A stretch of 64,000 nt of DNA from a virus. Of the stretch, positions 1-9,841 are shown piece after piece. A model generated the notes under the pieces. That model was not told where the DNA came from and did not search any database. It saw only the letters and a program-made list of their open reading frames with translations. The position numbers and the translations under genes are program-made. The first letter of the stretch is position 1. Every line of letters starts with the position of its first letter. The stretch spans positions 32,001 to 96,000 of IMG/VR virus record IMGVR_UViG_3300017917_002814. One strand, given 5' to 3'.

Positions 1-4
1 GTAC

Positions 5-1093
5 TTGGATACAGCACTAGGAACCAGACCACAAGACATCAATATTGTGGGCGGTGATTATGTAGATCAATACGTTAGTCATGCTCCTGAAGAATTAATT
101 CCAGGTAAAATGTATGATGCACTAGAAATGCAAGTATTTGGTAACACTGTTGGAAATACTGCCACCTATGGTTTCCGTGTATTTCAACCAATGAGTGCAA
201 ACATCGAATACACTAGAATTAGTGCAAATGCAACAACTGTGTTATCAGCCAATCTAGAAATAGTTGACGATGAAATCTTAGTCAATGACGCAAGTGTTTT
301 GCCAACGCCGTCTCCCTCTACTGCTACTCCTGGTGTAGTGTTTGTAAACGGTGAACGAATCGTATACTATCAAAAATATGATTTAGCAAAAATGTCAACG
401 GCGGTTGCATGGGCTGCTAATACTCAAATTCCTTTAGATACATTGATAGTGATTGACAGTAACGTATATTTGACTACAGGTAATGTATATGCCAATGCCA
501 ATGCGTTCGTGAACACAGCCAATATTCAATTGATCAAATTAAATTCATTGAGACAACTTCGTAGAGGTGTAGATGGTACAGGCGTAGCCAATATAGTATT
601 AGCCGGTAACTTGGTGTCAGACAGCAGTCAAGCACAACTGATTCCTAATGCACAAATTTTTACTTCGCAGACTATAACCGGAAACTTAAAAGTAACCTCA
701 AATGTGACCTATAAGATAGTATTGAGTTCAACTATTAGTGCTAATATTGGTGATTATATTACACAATTTGCTAATACAGGCAACGCTCGCGTTTTACAAA
801 GCGTAACCAATGCAAATGTATTAGCAGTTGATTTTGTAACTGGTACTTTCCAACCCGCAGCAAATATAGGAACAAGAATTAATCTTGTTAGCCTAACAAG
901 CGGAGTGTCAAGCGTAAATGCTAATGTAATAAGTTTACCAACTTTGGGTTCAGTTTATTCAAACGGTAATGTAGTTTTATCATCTGTTGCTGTTTTAAGA
1001 AGTAATATTTGGGAACAGTTTAGCACCACACTGGAAAACAGCACCACTACAGGAGCACAATTTATTAGAGCGGAGCCTAGTTATACACCATGA
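5..1093 (+). CDS. Virion structural protein, probable baseplate wedge C-terminal part (5' end probably outside window)
   Basis: T/N/V/A-rich beta-type composition, HAPEELIPG and LRRGVDGTG segments, heads a run of tail genes. Confidence 0.6.
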   Translation: MDTALGTRPQDINIVGGDYVDQYVSHAPEELIPGKMYDALEMQVFGNTVGNTATYGFRVFQPMSANIEYTRISANATTVLSANLEIVDDEILVNDASVLPTPSPSTATPGVVFVNGERIVYYQKYDLAKMSTAVAWAANTQIPLDTLIVIDSNVYLTTGNVYANANAFVNTANIQLIKLNSLRQLRRGVDGTGVANIVLAGNLVSDSSQAQLIPNAQIFTSQTITGNLKVTSNVTYKIVLSSTISANIGDYITQFANTGNARVLQSVTNANVLAVDFVTGTFQPAANIGTRINLVSLTSGVSSVNANVISLPTLGSVYSNGNVVLSSVAVLRSNIWEQFSTTLENSTTTGAQFIRAEPSYTP

Positions 1094-1794
1094 ACAACAG
1101 CCAACTAAATAGTAATATGGATAAAAATATGGAAGATTTACAAGAAAATTCTATGAACAAAGATACAAAACCCAATGAAATGGGCGGCATTCATGTGCAA
1201 GGACATATCAAAATTTTTGATCCCGAGTCCGGTGAAGTGTTTATAGACAAACGCAATGCTATTCACTACGAAAATATTTCGGAAGCCATTGCTTACACAC
1301 TAGCAAACAAAGGCCAAAACTACATATACGAAATGCATTTTGGTAACGGGGGAACCAGTGTAGACCCAACTGGTATCATCAATTATTTGCCGCCTAATGT
1401 AAACACTAGTAACAGTAATTTATATAACCCAACTTTTGCCAAAATTGTAGATAATACCAGTGCCCTAAACGCAGACCCAACAAGAAACAAGATGGAAATT
1501 AGGCATGTGCCGGGAAGGGTTTATACAGATATTGTAATCAGTTGCTTGTTAGATTATGGTGAACCTACTGGTCAAGCAGCATTTGATAACAGCACAAACA
1601 TGGAGGATACATACACCTTTGATGAGCTAGGACTCAAAGCAAGAAGCACCGACGGCAGTTCTGGACTGACCACAACTGGTAAATTGTTGACCCATGTAAT
1701 TTTTCATCCAGTACAAAAAAGTTTGAATAGATTGATTCAAATTGACTATACAGTAAGAATACAAACCTTAACAAATTTAAGTAGCATAGGATAA
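1090..1794 (+). CDS. Baseplate/tail-associated structural protein (start may be 1117)
   Basis: FDELGL...LLTHVIFHPVQKSLNR.IQIDYTVRI C-terminus typical of large-myovirus baseplate proteins; lies between structural genes. Confidence 0.6.
   Translation: MNNSQLNSNMDKNMEDLQENSMNKDTKPNEMGGIHVQGHIKIFDPESGEVFIDKRNAIHYENISEAIAYTLANKGQNYIYEMHFGNGGTSVDPTGIINYLPPNVNTSNSNLYNPTFAKIVDNTSALNADPTRNKMEIRHVPGRVYTDIVISCLLDYGEPTGQAAFDNSTNMEDTYTFDELGLKARSTDGSSGLTTTGKLLTHVIFHPVQKSLNRLIQIDYTVRIQTLTNLSSIG
1105..1111 (+). promoter_or_regulatory. Possible T4-like late promoter (CTAAATA)
   Basis: TAAATA core 5 nt upstream of ATG 1117. Confidence 0.3.
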
Positions 1795-1798
1795 TGCA

Positions 1799-2914
1799 AT
1801 GTCATATTTTGTAAACAAAACCGACGGATCAGTTATTGTAGTACTAGATGGTACAAAAGATACCACAAGCACCAGTCTCACACTGTTTGGACGGTTGGTA
1901 CAAAATTATGGCGACCAAACTAACGAAAATTTTGTTAGATTATTGGAAAATTTCAGTTTTAATTCTAGTCCTGCCAATCCTATTGCAGGGCAACTATGGT
2001 TTGATACCAATACAAACAATATCAAAGTGTATACTACAACTAACACATGGGTAACCGTTGGTAGTGTGATACAAGGTAATGTTGATATAAGTGGTAATTT
2101 AGAAGTGGGTCCATTGGGATTTGCAATAAAAGATATTGATGGCAATGTACAAATTACTAATTCTGCAGTGTCCGCAAATGTAAGTTTTTACAGTAATGTT
2201 GCCGGTGTAAGCACCAGAGTATTACACATCAACGGAACGACCGGTCTAGTAGAAGTCAATGCCAATGCCACAACTAATTTTGGTGTTACAACCAAACTGT
2301 ATGTTGATAGTGAAATACAAAGAGCAACATCCAGTGGAGATGCCAATTTACTTGCCAATGTTGCAATTATCAATGCCAATCTGGTAGCAAGAATAAATTC
2401 AGAAAATGATTTAAGAGCCAATATTACTGCTGCCAATGCCCAAATCGCTCTTAGAGATACTATATCTAGAGTCAACAATATTAATACTGCAATTGACACT
2501 GCACTAACAGCCAATGTAAATGCAATTTATTCCAACTTAGCTGCTAGAGTAGATCAAACTTCAACAGTTGAAACAGCAATGATTGCGAATGTGGCTGCTG
2601 CTAATGCACGAGTAAATGGCGCGAATGTCAACATAACAAATTTAAACAATAGACTTGATAGTGTAAACACAGCAATTGATATTGCCTTGGTAACTAATCT
2701 TGCACTCAAAGCCGACACCCTAAGTCCTGCACTATCTGGGATTCCTACTGCACCAACTGCTGCGTTTGGTGCTAACACTTTGCAAGTAGCTACTACAGAA
2801 TATGTAATGACAAGATCTGTTTTCTGGGATGGTAGTAGAAAATTTGTTAGCACAGCAGATCCATCTGCCAGTGACGGCGCCAATGGCGATATTTGGTTCA
2901 AGTACATTCCCTAA
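1799..2914 (+). CDS. Tail fibre protein with coiled-coil shaft
   Basis: N-terminal SLTLFGR...ENF...P..GQLWFD domain shared with 4933..6555; TKLYVD and PTAPTA..ATTEYV fibre motifs; GANGDIWF end. Confidence 0.7.
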   Translation: MSYFVNKTDGSVIVVLDGTKDTTSTSLTLFGRLVQNYGDQTNENFVRLLENFSFNSSPANPIAGQLWFDTNTNNIKVYTTTNTWVTVGSVIQGNVDISGNLEVGPLGFAIKDIDGNVQITNSAVSANVSFYSNVAGVSTRVLHINGTTGLVEVNANATTNFGVTTKLYVDSEIQRATSSGDANLLANVAIINANLVARINSENDLRANITAANAQIALRDTISRVNNINTAIDTALTANVNAIYSNLAARVDQTSTVETAMIANVAAANARVNGANVNITNLNNRLDSVNTAIDIALVTNLALKADTLSPALSGIPTAPTAAFGANTLQVATTEYVMTRSVFWDGSRKFVSTADPSASDGANGDIWFKYIP

Positions 2915-2917
2915 AGC

Positions 2918-4879
2918 ATGACCACTACCAGAATCATACAAAGAGAATTTGTAATAGAGCAAGGATATGATACCTTGCCTCCGGTTACACTAGGCTACGC
3001 TTGGTCTAGTTTTATGAACACCTATGCGGTATGGCCAGCAGGCGCCGGCAATAGTGTCACAATTAGACGAACAATATCATTGCAGGCTGGCAATTATTAC
3101 GTAACTGGTGCAGTTGATAATTATGGAACAGTTAGCATCAACGGACAATACAATATAAGTTTGTATAACTTTGATGCTAACATATCAAGAACCTCAATTG
3201 GCAATAGTATCTTGGTCAATCACCAAGGTGGCCCGATGTCAATTGTAATTAGTGCAACCAATACAGGAGGGCCTAGAGGAGTTGCAGTTACAATATCACG
3301 ACAAGATCAATATGGTGGAGGTATCACTGGTGGACTAGGTGGCATTCCAACTTCTCCTACATATTATGTAGGAGATCTTGTATGGAGCACCAGAAGTCCT
3401 GGAACGCTTGATACTGGAAGGTACCAAGCGACTATGCCGTTCAGAGCAAATATTACTGCGTATGCTTGGGGTGGAGGTGGAGGCGGTGGCGGCATGGATG
3501 CCGGCACAATAGGCGGCATTGGTGCACCGGGACTATATAATACTGCTTTTATTCAAGTTGATAAAGGAGATCTATTAGAAATATTTGTAGGCTCAGGCGG
3601 CTTGGGAGGAGGTAGTAATTCTGGAAGTGCCCCAGGAGGCGCCGCAGGAGCTAGTAGAATTGCCATCAATGGGCAGACTGTACAATCATTTAATGGAGGT
3701 GCAGGATCTGCGGCAGGCCCAAGTCCATACTCCGGTGGGGGTGGTGGGGGTGGCGGTGCATCTGGGGTTTTAGTCGACAATCAATTGGCGTTAGTTGCAG
3801 CAGGTGGCGGCGGAGGTGGAGGAGCTGGCAATGACGGTAATGCCAGCGACAAATATGTAAGAAGAGACGCATCAATCAATAACAATGCAATTGGAGATTA
3901 TACCATTGGTTCCCGGGCATTAAATATTGATAATTCTGGTTCTATAACTTTAAGTGCTCAAACTCAAGTTGTAGAATATACCACACTTCCAGGAATGACA
4001 GCGCCGCCGACAGCTTCTGGGTCAACTAAGGTTCTCGGATTTGGATACGGATTTAATGCTTCAGGCACATTCACTAGAACAGTGCAAACAAACAGTAAGG
4101 TAAATTTATCAAGCAGCGGAGTTCTAACTTTTTTTGTTCGAAGAGGATCATTGCAAGTTCCTGATTCAGGTGAAGATTTACGTCTAGAGTACAGTACCGA
4201 TGGCTCAACATGGGTAAATATTACCACAGTACCTGTCAATGTTACCGCCGATACTTGGCTAGTGAGATCACCACAAATTCCCGTAGGAGCCAAAGTAGCA
4301 GGCGGTGTCTTTCTACGTTATAGACAATCTGTTACTGGATCTAGTAATTTTACCAACAAAGACCTTTGGGCAATGACTTCAATTTTTAACGGATCGCCAA
4401 CATTGGATTTCCGTGGCGAAAATGGACAAATCAAAGGCGGCGACGGTGGTGGTGCCGGTGGTGGCGGCGGGGGGTATCCTGGTGGTCAAGGCGGTGCTGT
4501 ATTCGGGGGTGACGCCAGTGGCTTTGCTGGCCAATGTGGAGGCAATTTTCCTGACAATGTTGGAGCAACTACTGGTACAGGTACTGCCTATTACAAAGCT
4601 GGATTTGCTGGCGGAGGCAATCGAGGAGGCGGTAATGGTCAAAATGGGCGAGTGCTTTTATTAATAGAACCGCTTGGTTTAAATTCAGTTAAAATAGCTA
4701 ACGAATGGAAACAGATTCAAGAAGCATTTGTTAAAGTAGGCGGCACCTGGCGAGACATTGATACAATCTATGTAAAAATAAATGATTCGTGGAATCAAGT
4801 AACTGGGGCAGGGCAAGGGGATGTGGCTTTAATTGGAAACTTACAAAGTTATGGTACTTCTGTAAGAAGCTTTACATAA
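2918..4879 (+). CDS. Glycine-rich tail fibre / receptor-binding protein
   Basis: WGGGGGGG and AGGGGGGG glycine-rich domain, inserted Asp-box domain, C-terminal VKVGGTW..IYVKINDSW repeats. Confidence 0.7.
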   Translation: MTTTRIIQREFVIEQGYDTLPPVTLGYAWSSFMNTYAVWPAGAGNSVTIRRTISLQAGNYYVTGAVDNYGTVSINGQYNISLYNFDANISRTSIGNSILVNHQGGPMSIVISATNTGGPRGVAVTISRQDQYGGGITGGLGGIPTSPTYYVGDLVWSTRSPGTLDTGRYQATMPFRANITAYAWGGGGGGGGMDAGTIGGIGAPGLYNTAFIQVDKGDLLEIFVGSGGLGGGSNSGSAPGGAAGASRIAINGQTVQSFNGGAGSAAGPSPYSGGGGGGGGASGVLVDNQLALVAAGGGGGGGAGNDGNASDKYVRRDASINNNAIGDYTIGSRALNIDNSGSITLSAQTQVVEYTTLPGMTAPPTASGSTKVLGFGYGFNASGTFTRTVQTNSKVNLSSSGVLTFFVRRGSLQVPDSGEDLRLEYSTDGSTWVNITTVPVNVTADTWLVRSPQIPVGAKVAGGVFLRYRQSVTGSSNFTNKDLWAMTSIFNGSPTLDFRGENGQIKGGDGGGAGGGGGGYPGGQGGAVFGGDASGFAGQCGGNFPDNVGATTGTGTAYYKAGFAGGGNRGGGNGQNGRVLLLIEPLGLNSVKIANEWKQIQEAFVKVGGTWRDIDTIYVKINDSWNQVTGAGQGDVALIGNLQSYGTSVRSFT

Positions 4880-4900
4880 GACTTTGTGCCAAAATAAACG

Positions 4901-4908
4901 CATAAATA
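4901..4908 (+). promoter_or_regulatory. Probable T4-like late promoter (CATAAATA)
   Basis: One mismatch to TATAAATA, intergenic, followed by GGAG and ATG 4933. Confidence 0.45.
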
Positions 4909-4932
4909 ATAGAAGTTGGAGAATACATAAAA

Positions 4933-6555
4933 ATGGCATATAATATTACGTTAACTAACGGGTCAACATTAATCCCTGGCGGTCTACCCGATGGTACGAT
5001 TGATACATCAAATAGCAGTCTGACACTAGTTGGTAAAAACTATCCCGGATATGGTTTATTTTTGAATCAGAACATGATTCGATTGATGGAAAATTTCAGC
5101 AATACTTCGGCTCCTGCCGCACCGTTGCCAGGGCAACTTTGGTGGAATTCTGCAACAAAAAACTTGACAGTCAATACAGCTACAGTAAAAGGAACAGCAA
5201 GCGCAGCATGGAAAACCATAACCACAATGACGTATTCGTCAAGTGCACCAAGCAATCCGGTTACTGGCGAACAATGGTACGACACCATCGGTGGACAGTT
5301 AAAAGTATGGACTGGCTCATGGACCACTATTGGCCCTGCAGCAACCGCTGCAACTGGTAATTCAGGTGCTATTCCGGACACTATTGCTGCTACTTCTCCT
5401 AGTGCAACTTATGTTGTGTTAAAGTTTTTTATTGATAATGTTTTGGTTGGAATTTGGAGTAAAGAAGCTTCGTTTACTACAGCAGTATCAGGATTTGCCA
5501 CAGTGAATAGAGGGTTGAACCTAAGCACAGCATTAAATCAAGCATTCTACGGCAATGCTGATGTCACAAACAATTTATATGTTAGTGGTGTAGCTGTTCC
5601 AGGTAGTAGTTTTTTAAGAAATGACACATCAGGAACTGTCAATGGCTCGTTGAGTTTAACAAATGATAGCGGAATAAGTGTTGGCGTTGCAAGCGATTTT
5701 CAGGCTTTAGTAAGCAGCGGAACGGTTACATTGCGTAATCAAACCAACAACAAAGATTTGATTTTAAGTTTGAAAACTGGTGGTATACAAACTCCGTTCC
5801 TGCGCGGTAATTTTCAAACTGGCCTAGCCGAAGCCTATAGTAATCCTACTTCGTCGTCGCCGGCACTGACTCTAGCCACTAAAAATTATGTTGATACACA
5901 ACTTGGCGGCGGAACTGGTACAACAAGTTTTGCCGCAAGTTTGAACCCTAGTGCTAATGTAACTTATACACTAGGCAATACCACTAATCGTTGGAGCAAT
6001 GTTTTTGCTGAAAGCACATTGGTTGGTAACATATTTGTAGCAAATGCAAACGTGTCCACAGTTTACGTAAGTAATGCAATTTTACCTACATCAAATACCT
6101 CTGTTAATCTTGGCAGCACAGGTATGTGGTTTAATACTTTTTATGGTGTTTCTGTACAAGCACAATACGCTGACTTGGCCGAAAGATTTGAAACAGACCA
6201 ACCATATGATCCAGGAACAGTTGTTGCATTAGGCGGTGCCAAAGAGATTACTGCGGCTAATGAAGAACTGAGCGAAGATGTGTTTGGAGTCATAAGTACA
6301 AGAGCTGCTTATTTAATGAATGGCGCAGCAGGGTCCGACGATACACACCCACCAGTGGCAGTGAATGGCCGAGTTCCTGTTAGAGTAATAGGCAAAATAC
6401 GCAAAGGAGATAGACTGGTCAGTGCTGGCAACGGACTGGCCCGAGCCGGTGCTAAAAACGAGTTGAATGCGTTCAATGTCATTGGTCGAAGTCTTCAAGA
6501 TAAACTGGACACTGGTGAAGGCACAATCGAAGCCATTGTTAAATTGAACAGTTAA
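4933..6555 (+). CDS. Tail fibre/baseplate protein with C-terminal autoproteolytic chaperone-like (peptidase G2-type) domain
   Basis: ADLAERFETD...GVIST...VAVNGRVPVRV..KGDRLV C-terminus; N-terminus paralogous to 1799..2914. Confidence 0.7.
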   Translation: MAYNITLTNGSTLIPGGLPDGTIDTSNSSLTLVGKNYPGYGLFLNQNMIRLMENFSNTSAPAAPLPGQLWWNSATKNLTVNTATVKGTASAAWKTITTMTYSSSAPSNPVTGEQWYDTIGGQLKVWTGSWTTIGPAATAATGNSGAIPDTIAATSPSATYVVLKFFIDNVLVGIWSKEASFTTAVSGFATVNRGLNLSTALNQAFYGNADVTNNLYVSGVAVPGSSFLRNDTSGTVNGSLSLTNDSGISVGVASDFQALVSSGTVTLRNQTNNKDLILSLKTGGIQTPFLRGNFQTGLAEAYSNPTSSSPALTLATKNYVDTQLGGGTGTTSFAASLNPSANVTYTLGNTTNRWSNVFAESTLVGNIFVANANVSTVYVSNAILPTSNTSVNLGSTGMWFNTFYGVSVQAQYADLAERFETDQPYDPGTVVALGGAKEITAANEELSEDVFGVISTRAAYLMNGAAGSDDTHPPVAVNGRVPVRVIGKIRKGDRLVSAGNGLARAGAKNELNAFNVIGRSLQDKLDTGEGTIEAIVKLNS

Positions 6556-6567
6556 TAGGAATAAAAA

Positions 6568-7530
6568 ATGTCATACGCACAAGGCGATTTAATTGAAGCT
6601 ACTGATTACAATAACATAATTGGAGCCAATACCAGTTCAAATACCAGCACTTTTCATGCAGTGTGGGCATGGGGCAACGGTAGTAGAGGATATGGCCAAA
6701 CTCCAATTAGCAATGTGTCTGTTGCAGGAACAGTAACAGCAACACAATGGGCCACATTGGTCAACAACATCAACAGCGCAAACTTGCATGTTAGAAACAC
6801 CAGTTCGGGACTGACAGCTAACACAGCCGGCCAAACAATTGGATTCAGTGGTGGATTGCCTGTTGCTATTACTAGACTAAATCAAGATAGATTGTTGTTT
6901 GCAACTAACTCGGCTGTGATTGCTAACCAAAATTCTCTAACAGCTTATGGTGCATGGTCTGTTGCCTCAACCACCGTTACTCAAACAAGAGCATTTGGTG
7001 CTACTGTAACATTTGCTAGTCCAGACCGAGCAAGATTTTTCTTCAATGCCGGCGGTCGATTAAAATTTAATTGCAGTGCTGTCAACAATGCAGGTGCCAA
7101 CTCGAGGTCAGCTGCTGCTGCTGCATTATTTGGATATTTAGGTGGCGTTGCAACATTTGGTGCAAACACCAACGGAGGCAGAACTGGTACTGGCGGAACC
7201 TTAGGCACAAATGATACCGCCAAAGGGTATTGGAATGCAACCACTGGTAATATTACTTTGGTTTCTGTAACTAGTACCACTACCAATTATACCACAGATA
7301 CAGCGTCAATTACTTACACCACAAACGGTACAGTTGGTAGTCACAATGATAACGGTACAGTGTTGAGTTTTTATGCAGTTATCAATTCAACTTCTGGTGG
7401 CAACGCCGGCGGTAGTTTTGATGACAGCATTAATATTACCCCTACTGTCACTGTTGATGTTTCCTACCCCGAAACCACAAATTTGAGTAATACCTGGGGT
7501 GCTGTTACTGTAGCTCGTATAGGTTCTTAA
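6568..7530 (+). CDS. Virion structural protein (tail-associated)
   Basis: GYGQ, ARFFFNAGG motifs; T/G/A/N rich; last gene of the structural run. Confidence 0.6.
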   Translation: MSYAQGDLIEATDYNNIIGANTSSNTSTFHAVWAWGNGSRGYGQTPISNVSVAGTVTATQWATLVNNINSANLHVRNTSSGLTANTAGQTIGFSGGLPVAITRLNQDRLLFATNSAVIANQNSLTAYGAWSVASTTVTQTRAFGATVTFASPDRARFFFNAGGRLKFNCSAVNNAGANSRSAAAAALFGYLGGVATFGANTNGGRTGTGGTLGTNDTAKGYWNATTGNITLVSVTSTTTNYTTDTASITYTTNGTVGSHNDNGTVLSFYAVINSTSGGNAGGSFDDSINITPTVTVDVSYPETTNLSNTWGAVTVARIGS

Positions 7531-7548
7531 AATACTTTACATTCTTGT

Positions 7549-7582
7549 ACTGGTTAGTGTATAATTTACGCTAACCAGTTTC
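7549..7582 (+). terminator. Hairpin (ACTGGTTAGTGTA/TACGCTAACCAGT) with short T tract, overlapping a sigma70-like TTTACA-N18-TATAAT
   Basis: 13-bp stem with one G-U directly after the structural operon. Confidence 0.5.
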
Positions 7583-7594
7583 TACATTTATAAT

Positions 7595-7909
7595 ATGAAC
7601 GAAATCGAATCTTTAGTTAAAGAAATTCGCCAGGCGACGGATTTTCAAATCAATCGACGAATTTTACGAGAAAAAATTCAAACAGATTTACACATGACAC
7701 ATAACGGGGGAATGTTTAAAATTACACCAGAACTTTTAGCATTCGTAAAAACATGGCCTGTTGATGAAATTTATTTAGAGGACACTTATCAGAATCCAGT
7801 GTGTATAGATAAACAAACTTTCCTGGTAACAGCACAACAACACTATCAAACAGTAATGAATCGTTGGCATCAAGAATATGAAAACCTCAAAAAAATTAGA
7901 AAAATCTAG
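7595..7909 (+). CDS. Hypothetical protein
   Basis: 104-aa ORF, first of a tightly overlapping gene run. Confidence 0.6.
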   Translation: MNEIESLVKEIRQATDFQINRRILREKIQTDLHMTHNGGMFKITPELLAFVKTWPVDEIYLEDTYQNPVCIDKQTFLVTAQQHYQTVMNRWHQEYENLKKIRKI

Positions 7910-8666
7910 AGGTATACTGGCGTTTGCTTACAATGTAGAATCAATTGATTACATTGCGATAGCAGCAAGCACATTAAAATTAGCAAGCGAAAAATTATCA
8001 TTACCTTACAGACTAATTACTGACGCAGAGCTAAAGAACGATGTATTTAATTCAAGATACGACATTGATTCAGACTCATTTATTACATGGCGAAATGTTG
8101 GTAGACATCATGCATATGAACTTTCACCTTTTGATGAAACCTTGGTCATTGACGTAGATTATCTTGTTGTCGACAACAATCTGAATAAAATTTTTGATTC
8201 AGATTGGGATTATTTGTTGCAGCGAAAAAGTTATGCATTGACGGCAGAGTGGTCAAAATTGATGGGTGCAACCAGTTTGCCTTACGTGTGGGCCACAGTA
8301 TTTGCTTTTAGAAAAACATCTCGTGCTCGACTTTACTTTGATTTAATTGGTCGCATACAAAGAAATTATGCATATTATTGCGCTCTGTTTAATGTTCAAG
8401 AACGTAATTTTAGAAATGATTATGCATTTGCTATGGCAGATGTTATCTTAAATGGTTATTCCTTGGCAAGCCAATCAATACCAGAAAACATGTTGGCTAT
8501 AAATCAACCTATTATGGATATTGATGTTGACGGTAATAAATTTGTTATTAGAGACAAAGACCAAGCATACGTCCTACCAAAAATGAATTTACATGTGATG
8601 AGTAAAAAATATTTACAGAGTGACAGATTTAAAAAATTAGTAAACCAACTAACCGATGAATCATAA
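7878..8666 (+). CDS. GT-A fold glycosyltransferase-like protein (GT8-like)
   Basis: LSPFDETLVIDVDY DxD motif; paralogue of 8656..9492. Confidence 0.55.
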   Translation: MKTSKKLEKSRGILAFAYNVESIDYIAIAASTLKLASEKLSLPYRLITDAELKNDVFNSRYDIDSDSFITWRNVGRHHAYELSPFDETLVIDVDYLVVDNNLNKIFDSDWDYLLQRKSYALTAEWSKLMGATSLPYVWATVFAFRKTSRARLYFDLIGRIQRNYAYYCALFNVQERNFRNDYAFAMADVILNGYSLASQSIPENMLAINQPIMDIDVDGNKFVIRDKDQAYVLPKMNLHVMSKKYLQSDRFKKLVNQLTDES

Positions 8667-9492
8667 AGAACAACAAGGGTTTTTGACTGTGGCAATAAAT
8701 TCAGATAGTGTTGATTATCTTGAATTAGCCTATACACAGGCACTAAATGTCAAATGTACCCAAAAAATAAAAAGTTTTGCTGTTGTAGTAGACAAACACA
8801 CCCACAACTGTGTTAAAGACAAACACAGGGCAGTGTTTGATTATATAATTCAAGTACCTGAATCGACAACAGGACCATATGGCATAGAGCCTGAAGTATT
8901 TTGGTTGACTCCGTTCAAAGAAACTGTAAAATTAGAAAGTGACCTATTGTTTACTAGAAGTATTGATCATTGGTGGAACACTTTTAGATTACGAGATATT
9001 GTATTGAGCACAGGCTGTAGAAACTATCAACAAGAACTTTCGTTAGTAAGAAAATATAGAAAATTTTTTGATGACAATGATTTACCTGATGTGTATAATG
9101 GACTGATGTATTTTAGATTTACAAAAACAGCACGAGATTTTTTTACAACCGCAAAAAATATCTATGCCAATTGGACCACAGTGGGCGACATCCTTTTGAA
9201 TTGTAGGGATGATATTCCTACCACTGATGTGGTGTATGCAATTGCTGCACGGCTTGTTGGCCAAGAACAATGCACCTTACCCAGCGCAGATTTTGTAAAC
9301 TTTGTGCATTTAAAACCAGCAATCAACAGATTTGATGAAGACCTTGCAGTTAGAGAAGTATTTGTGACAGAATTTGATCAAGGTATGATTAGAATCAATA
9401 ATATAAATCAATATCATCCTTTGCATTATTACGATAAAACGTTTGTTACTAAAGAAATGATAGAATATTATGAACAAAGATCTATGGCTTGA
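8656..9492 (+). CDS. GT-A fold glycosyltransferase-like protein (GT8-like)
   Basis: LTPFKETVKLESDL, YNGLMYF, TDVVYA, FVHLK motifs. Confidence 0.55.
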   Translation: MNHKEQQGFLTVAINSDSVDYLELAYTQALNVKCTQKIKSFAVVVDKHTHNCVKDKHRAVFDYIIQVPESTTGPYGIEPEVFWLTPFKETVKLESDLLFTRSIDHWWNTFRLRDIVLSTGCRNYQQELSLVRKYRKFFDDNDLPDVYNGLMYFRFTKTARDFFTTAKNIYANWTTVGDILLNCRDDIPTTDVVYAIAARLVGQEQCTLPSADFVNFVHLKPAINRFDEDLAVREVFVTEFDQGMIRINNINQYHPLHYYDKTFVTKEMIEYYEQRSMA

Positions 9493-9841
9493 AGTAGCGA
9501 GACTGGTTGCCGAGCATGATGCACAACGGCCAATTGTGACCAAAGAATACAGATTATATTACAACGATGATGGTTCTATAATAGGATTATGGGAATCAAG
9601 CCATCCTGAAGGACACAATTATGTTGTACTTGATGATCCAGGAATATATTTTCACACAAATACGCATCTGTTAAAGGTAGTCAAAAACAAATTGGTAGTG
9701 CTAGATCCAAGAGAACCTAGTAGAGCAAGGCTTCAAAAATCAAATTCTGGTTTTATAACAGTAAAAGGTCACGCGGCTTTAATTGTTGAATCAAAAGAAA
9801 ATTACGGATTAATAGAGTACTATGACAAAACAAATTATTGA
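9470..9841 (+). CDS. Hypothetical protein
   Basis: 123-aa ORF overlapping both neighbours. Confidence 0.6.
   Translation: MNKDLWLEVARLVAEHDAQRPIVTKEYRLYYNDDGSIIGLWESSHPEGHNYVVLDDPGIYFHTNTHLLKVVKNKLVVLDPREPSRARLQKSNSGFITVKGHAALIVESKENYGLIEYYDKTNY

Noticed and set aside
3460-4640. GGC/GGT-rich runs as DNA repeats or a DGR target
   Set aside because: Explained by poly-Gly coding; no reverse transcriptase or template/variable repeat pair seen
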